A DNA stretch of 64,000 bases from contig CAWHDZ010000030.1 of NCBI GenBank assembly GCA_963828255.1, positions 142,574 to 206,573 of the forward strand. The letters run 5' to 3'. Below, one piece after another: positions 9,975-22,399 of the stretch (within the stretch, counting starts at the first letter, position 1; each line of letters opens with the position of its first letter). This DNA comes from an uncultured delta proteobacterium. GTDB lineage: Bacteria; Myxococcota; Myxococcia; Myxococcales; Anaeromyxobacteraceae. The position numbers and the translations under genes are program-made. The notes under the pieces were generated by a model, which saw nothing but the letters and a program-made list of their open reading frames with translations, made no database searches and was not told the DNA's origin.

Positions 9975-10382
9975 CTACCGCCGTGTGCCCCTGCCCCTCC
10001 CGCCCGCGAGCCCTGCGCGGAGCAGGGCCCCTCCCACGCCTCCGATCGCGACGACGACGCCCGTGAACCCCGCCAGCTGGGCGATGGAGGCCCAGGTGCT
10101 GGGGTGCTGCGCATCGGTCAGGCCGATGGCCAGCTTGATCACGTGGGGTGCGGGCAAGGCGGCCCAGACGATGGCCGCGGCCGGCCACCCCGAAAAGCCC
10201 CAGAGGCCGCCGATGGCCGCCGACGCCGCCAGCAGCAGGGCGACGACGACGACCGGGCTCACCTCGCCCCCGTTCGCGAAGCCGTCCACCAGGGCGATGC
10301 CGACCCCGCAGGCGATCCCGAAATCGAGGCGGGTCGGGTGGGAGATGGAGAACCTCACCCCGACGACTCTAGCGCCTTGCAC
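9975..10382 (-). CDS. Hypothetical membrane protein (start uncertain)
   Basis: About 4 hydrophobic segments; fills the gap between flanking genes. Confidence 0.5.
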   Translation of the reverse strand: MQGARVVGVRFSISHPTRLDFGIACGVGIALVDGFANGGEVSPVVVVALLLAASAAIGGLWGFSGWPAAAIVWAALPAPHVIKLAIGLTDAQHPSTWASIAQLAGFTGVVVAIGGVGGALLRAGLAGGRGRGTRR

Positions 10383-10411
10383 CCCTCCGCGCCCCGGGGC
10401 AGAGTGCGCCG

Positions 10412-11227
10412 GTGCGCGACACCCTCTACGACAGCGTTCCCTTCCGCGTCCCCGAGATCGAGCATCGCTACGGGGCCAACGTCCACCTGCTCGCCGATCC
10501 GCTCATGCTCGACCTTCTCGCCAAGCTCGCGGCCAGGGAGACCGAGCAGCCCACGGTGAACAACCTGGTGGTGGACATCTACCGCGGCCTCTCCCGCGTG
10601 GTGCTGAACGCCGAGTTCCCGCGGAAGATCGTCGAGGTCCCCACCCGGATGATCGAGCACACGCCCGAGGGCGTCTGGCGCGGCCAGATCCTCGAGCCCG
10701 AGACCCGTGCGGTGACCGTGAACATCGCCCGCGCCGGGGCGGTACCGTCGCACACCGTGTACGGAATCCTCAACACGGTGCTCGTCCCGAGGCTGGTCCG
10801 GCAGGACCACATCATCATGAGCCGCATGCTGGGCGACGCCGAGCAGGTGGTGGGCGCCGGCATCGGGGGCATGAAGATCGGCGGCGACGTGGACGGGGCC
10901 TTCCTGCTCTTCCCGGATCCCATGGGTGCAACCGGGTCGTCCCTCTCCATGGCGCTCGACACCTACAAGAAGAAGGTGCCGGGCACGCCGCGGAAGATCA
11001 TCGCGCTGCACCTCGTGGTCACGCCCGAGTACCTGAAGCGCATGCGGAAGGACCACCCGGAGGTGGTGGTCTACGCGGTGCGGCTCGACCGCGGGCTGTC
11101 GCCCGAGAAGGTGAAGGGCACCGTCCCCGGGACGTTCTGGGACGAGGAGAAGGGCTTGAACGACCACGACTACATCGTCCCCGGGGCCGGCGGCCTCGGC
11201 GAGGTGATGAACAACGCGTGGGTTTGA
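10412..11227 (+). CDS. upp: Uracil phosphoribosyltransferase (extended variant)
   Basis: IARAG, PRPP loop PDPMGATGSS, C-terminal LNDHDYIVPGAGGLG. Confidence 0.82.
   Translation: MRDTLYDSVPFRVPEIEHRYGANVHLLADPLMLDLLAKLAARETEQPTVNNLVVDIYRGLSRVVLNAEFPRKIVEVPTRMIEHTPEGVWRGQILEPETRAVTVNIARAGAVPSHTVYGILNTVLVPRLVRQDHIIMSRMLGDAEQVVGAGIGGMKIGGDVDGAFLLFPDPMGATGSSLSMALDTYKKKVPGTPRKIIALHLVVTPEYLKRMRKDHPEVVVYAVRLDRGLSPEKVKGTVPGTFWDEEKGLNDHDYIVPGAGGLGEVMNNAWV
11170..11227 (+). repeat. Direct repeat copy 1 (3' end of upp, 58 bp)
   Basis: CTACATCGTCCCC...GCGTGGGTTTGA is identical to 11879-11936; both copies are followed by the hairpin GCGCCGGCTTCAGCCGGCGC and then CCACTCAC. Confidence 0.95.
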
Positions 11228-11321
11228 CGGCGCCGGCTTCAGCCGGCGCAGGAACCACTCACGGAACCGTCTCCGGCCAGCCCTGCTTCCACTCCCACGC
11301 GCCTGGGCCTACAATTCGTCC

Positions 11322-11612
11322 GTGCGTCGTGCCGATGCCATCGCGTTTTTCGCCTCCCACCGGGACGACCTGCGCCGGCTCGGGATCAGCTCGCTCCTCG
11401 TCTTCGGCTCCGTCGCGCGAGACCAGGCCCGGCCCGACAGCGACATCGACCTCATCGCCGAGTTCGACCATCCGGTCGGCTACCTCGGTCTTGCCCGGGT
11501 CCAGCATGAGCTCGAGCGGCTCCTCGGCCGCAGCATCGACCTGGCCACGCCCGGAATGATCCGCCCGGAATTCCGTGACCGGATCTACGGGGAGGCCGTG
11601 CGTGCCGCCTAG
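11322..11612 (+). CDS. MntA-type minimal nucleotidyltransferase antitoxin
   Basis: 96 aa with VFGSVAR...SDIDL motif and C-terminal GRSIDL. Confidence 0.88.
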   Translation: MRRADAIAFFASHRDDLRRLGISSLLVFGSVARDQARPDSDIDLIAEFDHPVGYLGLARVQHELERLLGRSIDLATPGMIRPEFRDRIYGEAVRAA

Positions 11613-11852
11613 AGAGTCGATGCCGTCAGCTACGCCATCGTCGTCATCGGCGAGGCTGCCAACGCGCTGAAGGACATGGGTCCCAGGCTGGCACCCGAGA
11701 TCCCCTGGCCCGACATCCGTGGGATGCGGAACCAGGTCGCGCATGAGTACTTTGGAGTCGACGTGAAGGTCCTCTGGCAAACCGTGCGAGAGGACCTGCC
11801 GCCGTTGCTCGCATCCCTTCGAGCTCTTTCCGCGCGTTCCGATCCGGCTTGA
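11602..11852 (+). pseudogene. HepT/DUF86 HEPN ribonuclease toxin, internally deleted and frameshifted
   Basis: Overlapping GTG at 11602 reads MPPRE and then leaves frame. The body VDAV..IGEAA..EIPWPDIRGMRNQVAHEYFGVD (Rx4HxY) is in another frame (11613-11852) and lacks the usual N-terminal helices. Confidence 0.8.
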
Positions 11853-11878
11853 AACAGCTTCCTTGAGCAAGCTTGCTG

Positions 11879-11936
11879 CTACATCGTCCCCGGGGCCGGC
11901 GGCCTCGGCGAGGTGATGAACAACGCGTGGGTTTGA
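11879..11936 (+). repeat. Direct repeat copy 2 (duplicated upp 3' end)
   Basis: Identical to 11170-11227. Confidence 0.95.
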
Positions 11937-12017
11937 GCAGCGCCGGCTTCAGCCGGCGCAAGAGCCACTCACTCATCCGCTTCCGGGATCACGAAGATCC
12001 CACCCCCTGACGCACGA

Positions 12018-12048
12018 AGGCCCCGATCGCTCGCGCGACCGGGGCCCC
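12018..12048. terminator. GC hairpin, near-copy of the hairpin downstream of mdh
   Basis: AGGCCCCGATCGCTCGCGCGACCGGGGCCCC matches 16556-16586 at 29 of 31 positions. Confidence 0.7.
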
Positions 12049-12060
12049 ATCACATCACGA

Positions 12061-15000
12061 TCACTGCCGGGTGAGAGTGACCACGGGATAATGGATCACG
12101 ATCGGGGACTCGCTCTGAAGGTCATAGAAGAGCATCCGCAACTCGTTCCCTGTGGACCCGAAGTACGGGCGCAGCGGTTCGAAGGCCACCCCGTTCCAGC
12201 CGCAGATGGGCGTCAACAGGAGCTGGGAGCCCGACACCTGATAGGCGGTCGTGCTGCGCACTTCGCCCACTCCGCTGCGCCAGTCCACGACCTGCATGGT
12301 GCCCGACTGCAAGGAATAGGCGCTCCTCGCCGTCCAGGAAGTGGGGCCCGACGGTCCTGCCGGGCTGGAGTAGATGTTGCTCCCGGTCAGGATGTACGTA
12401 CCCTCCACGATCGAGGCCGCCCCCAACGCCGATGTCGGCGGGCTGGACGGCACATACACTGGCTGTACTTCCGTGGCGGCGTTCACCAGGTCGTTGCACG
12501 CGCAGGCGCCGCCGGCGCAGACCATCGGGCTGTACGCGGCCAGTTCCGAGGTGGTCGTGGCCGAGGGAGTCGCCACGGCATACGTCAACGACTTCACCCG
12601 TCCCACCCCGGGCGCATACCAGGCGATGAAAACTGACGACGGGGCGTTCGAAAAGGCGATGAGGGTCGTCACCTTGAGTGCCGAGAACGTTCCAGCCGGC
12701 ACGGTGACGGACTCGACTCCATTGACCGTCAGGTTCCGGGTCTGCGTGGCTACTCCCGGCGAGACGGTGGACGTCCTCGAAGCCGTCGCTCCCGGGAAGA
12801 TGTCGGGCGGTAGGAGCAACGCCGGTGGGCTGTAGGCAAAGCTCGAGGTCAGCGATCCGGTTGCCGAATAGAGCAAGGAACTGACCACACCCAGGCCGCC
12901 GCCATCGGACGTCAAGGAGGAGACCTGGTAGGGGCCTTGATCGTAACGAGCCACGCCCGTCGCCTGGTTGGTGCTGGTGATTCTCCTGGTGAAAGAGGGC
13001 AGGGTGTACCCGACTGCTTCATCGGTCTGGATGGTGGGAGTGCCAGTAGAAGGCGTGACGACATAGCTTCGCGCAACAGAAGCCCCAGCCAGGTCCGGTG
13101 AGCCCGAAAATCCGCAGGCGCCCGTCGAGCAGGTGAGGCCGTTGCCGCAGCTGGTGCCGTCGGGTTGGTTGCCGGACACGCCGCAGGTCAGGAACCCGTC
13201 TGCGTCGCAGGTGGTCGCGTAGGTCTTGCACGGGTTCGCGGTTCCGGCAGGTGTGCAGGCGGTACCGGCGGCGCACGCCTGAGGTTGGCAAGTTCCGGTC
13301 GAGCAATTCATGGGGGCGTATCCCGAGAGTTCCGAGACGGTGCTACTCGACGGAGTGGCGTTCTCGAAGTTGAGCGATTTCACGAGCCCGAACCCTCGCA
13401 CGAACCAGGCCACGGAGGTTCGCGGCGTGGTCGTTCCCGTGATGGTCGTTCCCGTGATGACGGTCGTGATCTTGAGGGCGGAGAACGTGCCGGCGGGTAC
13501 CGATACCGACTCGATTCCGTTGACCGTCCAGGAACGGAGCTCCGTGAAGGTCGTCGTCCCGCTCGCACCTGTCCGGGTGACGGTCGACTGGGTTGTACGA
13601 GTGACGCCCGGCGTCGTGTCCGCGGGGACGATCGGTGCTGGGGGATCGTACGTGTAGGTGGAGACCGTCTCGGTGCCGCCAACGACCTCGTGCAGGACGT
13701 ATCCACTCATCGAGACCGCCCCACCGGACTGGACGAGGGTCATCACCGAGTAGTTGGCGCGGTTACTCGCGGTCGACTTGATGGTCCAGGTCGGTGGCGT
13801 GTACGTGAGCGGCACGACGTCCTCGGTGAAAGCAACACCGGGGGAGGGAGGAGTGGCGCGATACCGTGACGCCATGCCGATGGGGAAGTAGTCGGTCGAA
13901 CCGGACGAGCCGCAGGTCCCGGCCTGGCATGTGAGGCCCGTGCCGCAGCTGGTGCCGTCGGCCGCATTTCCGGACACGCCGCAGGTCTGGACGCCGCTCG
14001 TGTCGCAGGCGGTCGCGTAGGTCTTGCAGAGGTCGGGCGTGGTGGGGGGAGTGCAGGTCTGGCCGGAGGTGCAGGCTGGTGCTTGACGTAGCGTGTACAC
14101 CATCAACGTCCCCATCGAAGGGCCACTCGCAGCGAGGGTGCGAAGTTCGGTCGCCGTTGCCGTGTAACCCAACGTGTATCCCACCTCCCCGCCTCCGCAG
14201 ACCGAGGATGTGACCGTGTAGGTGGTCCCCACGAGGGAGTAGGTGACAACGGTCGGCGTCACCGGCTGGGAAGGACTTTGGCCGTAAGCGATCACGGCCT
14301 GCAGTGTTCCTCCGGAGATCACATTCATCCCGGCGTAAGGGCTTGGCTGGGTTCCCGTGATACCGCCGGGCCCGGTGTAGATGATGCGGGCCGTCAAGTC
14401 GTAGACGCCATCGATGATGGTGCCCCCAAGAGGCGTCGGTGGGGCAGCCGCCACCCTGGTTTCCTGGATCTGCGTGAACGTGTTTGCGACCGGGCTGCAA
14501 CTCAGTGGGGTGCAGGTTCCTGCCGTGCACGTGTTGCCGCTGCCGCACGGTGTGTAGTCGGTCTCGTTGCCAGACACGCCGCAGGTCTCGAGCCGCTCGT
14601 GTCGCAGGCGGTCGCGTAGGTCTTGCAGGAGTCGGCGTCCCGGTCGGCGTGCAGGTCTGGCCCGCGGTGCACTGCGTGCGCCGCAGACACCGGCGGTGCA
14701 CACGTTGACGCCGCCGCACGCGGCCCCATCCGCCACGACTTCGCCGCCGTGTCCGCGCACGCCGGCGTCCCGTTGCAGGTGGTGCGCCGACATGACAGGC
14801 GTTCGCCGGCGTGCAAGCGGTGCCGACGGCGCAAGCCGCGCCCACGAAGCCGATGCTGAAGTGGGTGACCTGGGGCGAGCGGTCGTACCGCTCACCGTGG
14901 CGGGCAGGACGTCCCACTCGGTCGTGCTTCCGGGCTTGGTCCAGTAGACGGCGACGTCGGCGGACCTGGTGCCGGCCGGAACCGGGAAGCTCACCGTCAC

Positions 15001-15286
15001 GGGAGCCGCGAAGGTCGTGCCAGCGGGTCCGAACTGATAGAGCGAGGAGACCGCACCGGCCGGAGCGGTGGCGGTGGACGCCGCGACCGTGATGGTGGTG
15101 TTCGCGGAAAGTGCTCCGGCAGGCACGGTGACCGTGGGGCCGCTCGCCATCGGACGGTTCCGCCCGCCGTCCCGACGGTGCCGGGGTCCGGAATCGGGAT
15201 CGGCGCTCGCCGCCACATCCGGACAGGCTCAATCCACAAAGAAGGGCCGCGCAGGCAGCGGCGAACATCGCTCTCGAACGTCGCAT
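12061..15286 (-). pseudogene. Large Cys/Thr-rich modular lipoprotein (ZU5-like N-terminal domain, disulfide repeats, repeated VPAGTF beta domains); multiply frameshifted at the 5' end
   Basis: Lipobox LSGC in the ORF from 15286. Coherent protein switches among three frames across ~14550-15250, then stays open to 12061. Three CKTYAT.CD..G..TCGVSGN repeats and two ESV.VPAGTFSALK domains. Confidence 0.72.
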
Positions 15287-15391
15287 CGGTGGTCTCCCCC
15301 AAGAGCGCCCACGAAGGGGGGCGCTACCAAGTGGGGAATCCTGCCAGGACGGCTTACACGGAATCTCTGGGGGAAACCCCAGAACGAACGC

Positions 15392-16435
15392 TTACCTGCC
15401 CGCGTCGGTCCAGAACCGCGCCACCAGCTCCGCGCGCCCCTCGACGTCGTACCGGCGGAGCAGTGCGGACACGTGCTGCTCCACGGCGCTCTCGCTGCAG
15501 GAAAGCGTTCCCGCGATGACCCGGTTGGAGTGGCCCTGCGCCACGAGCTCCAGGACCTTCCCCTGGCTCCGGGTGAGCGCCATCCGGGCCACGGCCAGGG
15601 CCGCGCGCGGACCGGGGTCGCACGGCGGAGCACGGCGCATCGCCAGGTAGTGGTCCGGTCCGTCTACGTCGGAGAGCCGCTGGACGATCCAGGTCCCGTC
15701 CCCACGCCCGGCGATCTCCTCCCGGAGCCCGGCGAGCAGAGCCGCCCGGTCGGACTCGAGCAGCGCTCGCGCCGCGGGGTTGCAGTGCAGGAGGCGAAGG
15801 GGGCGGCGGAAGACGACCGTCGCGGCGCCCGTCGCGGAGAGCGCAGCCTTCATCGCCGACTCGGCCCATTGCACGGCGGCGAGCCGCCCCTGGAGCGTCA
15901 GCCGATCGCGCAGCGGCCTCAGCAGCCGTGCGACGTGTTCGCGCTCTCGCCCGCCGAAGGGGCGGTCGCGGAAGGCGCCGAACCAGGCGAGGAGGACCGG
16001 CCCGTCGCAGAGGAGCGTCCGGACCACGTCGGAGAGCGAAAAGCCGCTGTGGAGGAGGAGCTGACCCACGGGGGTGCTGCGGACGGACCGCCCGGTCATC
16101 CGCTGGAGGTCCGCGAGGGAGAGGACGACGTTCCGCTGGGCGGGATCGGGAGCGGTGGGGTCGAAGGTCGCCCCGCTCCGTGGATTGCGCTCGACCAGCT
16201 CCCGCAGCCGGCGCTCGACCCGGACCGCGCCATTGAACGGGGATCGCACGGAGGCCAGGGAAACGCCTCCGTCCGAGACGTCGAGCCGGAACCCGACGGT
16301 CTGCTCGGTGTCGAGGACCGGGGCGACCTCGCGGGCGGCGATGTCGAGGACGTCCGCACCCTTGGGCGCCCCGCTCCGGATGAACTCGGCGAGGTCGCGT
16401 GTGCGCTTGCGCGCGGCTGTGACACCGAGGCTCAT
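15392..16435 (-). CDS. LuxR-family transcriptional regulator
   Basis: C-terminal LTRSQGKVLELVAQGHSNRVIA..SESAVEQHV HTH. Confidence 0.82.
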   Translation of the reverse strand: MSLGVTAARKRTRDLAEFIRSGAPKGADVLDIAAREVAPVLDTEQTVGFRLDVSDGGVSLASVRSPFNGAVRVERRLRELVERNPRSGATFDPTAPDPAQRNVVLSLADLQRMTGRSVRSTPVGQLLLHSGFSLSDVVRTLLCDGPVLLAWFGAFRDRPFGGREREHVARLLRPLRDRLTLQGRLAAVQWAESAMKAALSATGAATVVFRRPLRLLHCNPAARALLESDRAALLAGLREEIAGRGDGTWIVQRLSDVDGPDHYLAMRRAPPCDPGPRAALAVARMALTRSQGKVLELVAQGHSNRVIAGTLSCSESAVEQHVSALLRRYDVEGRAELVARFWTDAGR

Positions 16436-16555
16436 GCGAACCGCATATCTTCAAAGACGGACCAGGAAGGAATTCCTGACCGGGATCACGAACGAAATCT
16501 TACCCCCCAAAAAGGCGACGATCAGGCCGCGCCCATGACGTGCCCGGACACGACG

Positions 16556-16586
16556 AGGCCCCGGTCGCTCGCGCAACCGGGGCCCC
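16556..16586 (-). terminator. Probable terminator of the icd-mdh operon
   Basis: GGCCCCGGT..ACCGGGGCC hairpin about 30 bp downstream of the mdh stop. Confidence 0.65.
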
Positions 16587-16614
16587 TGGATCAACCGGAA
16601 GTCGCAGCCGGGAC

Positions 16615-19992
<3,378 letters not shown>

Positions 19993-19997
19993 CTAGA

Positions 19998-20022
19998 CAC
20001 CAAGTCTGGTGGACCCTGTCAA
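19998..20022 (-). promoter_or_regulatory. Possible icd promoter: -35 TTGACA plus an adjacent inverted repeat
   Basis: Minus-strand TTGACA at 20022-20017; CACCA-N4-TGGTG at 19998-20011; no convincing -10. Confidence 0.3.
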
Positions 20023-20100
20023 GGCGAAATGGGACATCCACTGGCCGCAAACGATGCGTCGTGGACCCGATCGGTCACTGATCCCCCGAAGGTCGGAGAA

Positions 20101-20685
20101 TCAGCTTCCTCTCATCCAGGACGCGGCGCTCCGGAGTGCACCCCAGGCCGCCCGCGCGAGGAGGAAGAGCAGGACGAGCAGGGTGAAGGCGGCGGCCAGC
20201 GCCACCCACGGATGGCTCCAGACCAGCCAGGCCATCCCGGCGACGGTGGAGAGCTCCGCGCCGGTGGCCACCGCGTTCGAGACCGGCTCGGGCGAGGCGT
20301 CGATGGCGGTGCGGAGCTTGAGCTTGGTGGCCGTGGTCACGGCGCCCAGCGTCCCGCCCAGGAGGCCGGCCACCACGACCAGCACCGGGTTCGCGCCCCA
20401 GGTGGCGAGGACGGCGAGGGCCGCCGCGGCGACGGGGCGGATGGCGGCGTGGAGGGCCTCCCAGGCGGTGGCGATTCCCGGAACGAGCGTCGCGGCGACC
20501 TCGACGCCGGTGAGGAGGAGGGCGATCCCGATCACCCAGGAGCTCTCGAGGACGTGCAGGCCGTCCGGGAGGGCCACCCAGCCGAGCCGGCCGGCCAGGC
20601 CGGTGAAGGCCACCGTGGCGTAGAGGCTGACGCTCGACGACCAGGCGATGCCGAGGGCCGAGGCGAGCGCGGTGAGGGTGACCAT
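20101..20685 (-). CDS. DUF4126-family membrane protein
   Basis: SSVSLYA..G, W..LHAAIRP, KLRTAIDASPEPVSN. Confidence 0.78.
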   Translation of the reverse strand: MVTLTALASALGIAWSSSVSLYATVAFTGLAGRLGWVALPDGLHVLESSWVIGIALLLTGVEVAATLVPGIATAWEALHAAIRPVAAAALAVLATWGANPVLVVVAGLLGGTLGAVTTATKLKLRTAIDASPEPVSNAVATGAELSTVAGMAWLVWSHPWVALAAAFTLLVLLFLLARAAWGALRSAASWMRGS

Positions 20686-20814
20686 GTGGGGAGCATGCAG
20701 CGACGCCTTCAGGCGGCGCAATGGTCGTGTCCGGAACCCGTCCGGGGTGGGTCCGATTCCGTCCTACCGGTAGGACGCCCCCGGGCGCCCCCAGCGCACG
20801 GGCGCTGCGGCTCG

Positions 20815-21780
20815 CTATGCAGGAATTCCCTCGAACAGGATCGACGACAGGTACCGCTCCCCCGCATCCGGGAGCACGGTGACGAGCAGCTTCCCCTGGT
20901 TCTCCGGGCGCGACGCCACCTTCACCGCGGCCGCCACCGCCGCGCCGCAGGAGATGCCGCAGGTGATCCCTTCCTCCCGGTGAAGCCGCTTGGCCATCTC
21001 CACCGCCTCGTCGTTCGTCACCTGCGCCACCTCGTCCACGACCGAGAGGTCGAGCACGTCCGGCTTGAACCCCGCCCCGATGCCCTGGATCTTGTGCGGC
21101 CCGGGCTTGGGCGGCTCTCCGGCGCGGATGGCGGTGAGCACCGGCGAGTGGGTGGGCTCGACGGCCACCGACCAGACCGCCCTCTTCTTCTCGTTCTTGA
21201 GGTAGCGGGTGACGCCGGTGATGGTGCCGCCGGTGCCCACGCCGGCCACGAAGATATCCACCTTGCCGTCGGAGTCGCGCCAGATCTCCGGCCCGGTGGT
21301 CTCGAAGTGGATGCGCGGGTTGGCGGGGTTCTCGAACTGGCCGGCCAGCCAGTACTTCTTCGGGTCGCTGGCCACGATCTCCTTGGCCCGGGCGATGGCG
21401 CCGGCCATGCCCTTCGCACCCTCGGTGAGAATCAGCTCGGCCCCGAAGGCGCGCAGCATGCGGCGGCGCTCCACCGACATGGTCTCCGGCATGGTGAGGA
21501 CGACGGGGTATCCCCGCGCCGCGGCCACGAAGGCCAGCGCGATGCCGGTGTTGCCCGAGGTGGGCTCCACGATGGTCACGTCGCGGGAGCCGGGCTTGAG
21601 GATGCCCTTCTGCTCCGCGTCCCAGATCATGGCCGCGCCGATGCGGCACTTCACCGAGTAGGCCGGGTTGCGCCCCTCGATCTTGGCCACGATGGTGGCC
21701 GGGAGCCCCTTCGAGATGCGGTTGAGGCGGACGAGCGGGGTGTTCCCGATGGAGCGGCTGTTGTCCTCGAAGATCGGCAT
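20815..21780 (-). CDS. cysK: Cysteine synthase A
   Basis: [16 protein letters not shown] (PLP Lys), [22 protein letters not shown]. Confidence 0.96.
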   Translation of the reverse strand: MPIFEDNSRSIGNTPLVRLNRISKGLPATIVAKIEGRNPAYSVKCRIGAAMIWDAEQKGILKPGSRDVTIVEPTSGNTGIALAFVAAARGYPVVLTMPETMSVERRRMLRAFGAELILTEGAKGMAGAIARAKEIVASDPKKYWLAGQFENPANPRIHFETTGPEIWRDSDGKVDIFVAGVGTGGTITGVTRYLKNEKKRAVWSVAVEPTHSPVLTAIRAGEPPKPGPHKIQGIGAGFKPDVLDLSVVDEVAQVTNDEAVEMAKRLHREEGITCGISCGAAVAAAVKVASRPENQGKLLVTVLPDAGERYLSSILFEGIPA

Positions 21781-21809
21781 GGCGTTCTCTCCTGGGCGCC
21801 GGGCGCCCG

Positions 21810-22259
21810 TCAGATGCTGAAGTCAGGTACGCCCGAGGATTCCTGGACGCGGCGGGTGAGGTCCTCGAGCGAGACCCCGTCGAGCGACGCCGCCAGGGCG
21901 CGCTCCGCCTCCGTCCAAGTCTGGTGAAGTACGCGGCTGCTGCCGGCGGCGGCTCCGGGCGACGGGCGCCGCCGGACCGGGCGGACGGCCAGCCCCTCTG
22001 GCCCCTCCACGGCGCGGACCACATCGCCGGCGCCGATTCGCGACGGGGCGAGGGCGAGCCGGTGGCCGCCCCGGGAGCCGCGCTCGCTCTCCACCAGGCC
22101 GGCGCGGCGAAGCTGGCCGAGGACGGTCTCGAGGAACTTGGCCGGGGCGCCGGTGCGGCGGGCGACGTCCGAGGTCCGGGCGAGCTTCGAGGCCGACGCG
22201 TGGAGCGCGAGGTCGAGGGAGGCCAGGAGGGCGTATTCGGATTTGAGGCTGAAGCGCAC
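21810..22259 (-). CDS. Rrf2-family regulator, CymR-like (no Fe-S cysteines)
   Basis: GTG at 22259; [26 protein letters not shown]; no Cys; ends PDFSI; directly upstream of cysK. Confidence 0.85.
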   Translation of the reverse strand: MRFSLKSEYALLASLDLALHASASKLARTSDVARRTGAPAKFLETVLGQLRRAGLVESERGSRGGHRLALAPSRIGAGDVVRAVEGPEGLAVRPVRRRPSPGAAAGSSRVLHQTWTEAERALAASLDGVSLEDLTRRVQESSGVPDFSI

Positions 22260-22262
22260 GGT

Positions 22263-22288
22263 TAATCCATATAAAGCTGATAGGATTA
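22263..22288. promoter_or_regulatory. AT-rich palindromic operator upstream of Rrf2-cysK
   Basis: TAATCCATATAAAGCTGATAGGATTA (TAATCC..GGATTA dyad) in GC-rich surroundings, 3 bp from the start codon. Confidence 0.65.
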
Positions 22289-22399
22289 CTACCATCGGTT
22301 CGGTGGACCTGCAAGCCCCGACAGGGTACAGGGAGTCCAAGGTCGTGAATTCGCTCCCCGGGCGGATTCCCAATAGGATGCCGTGGTTGGAGGGATCTC

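Noticed and set aside
11610..11612. Programmed amber recoding (pyrrolysine) between MntA and HepT
   Set aside because: No pyl genes in the window; a deletion that removed the toxin N-terminus explains the frame more simply.
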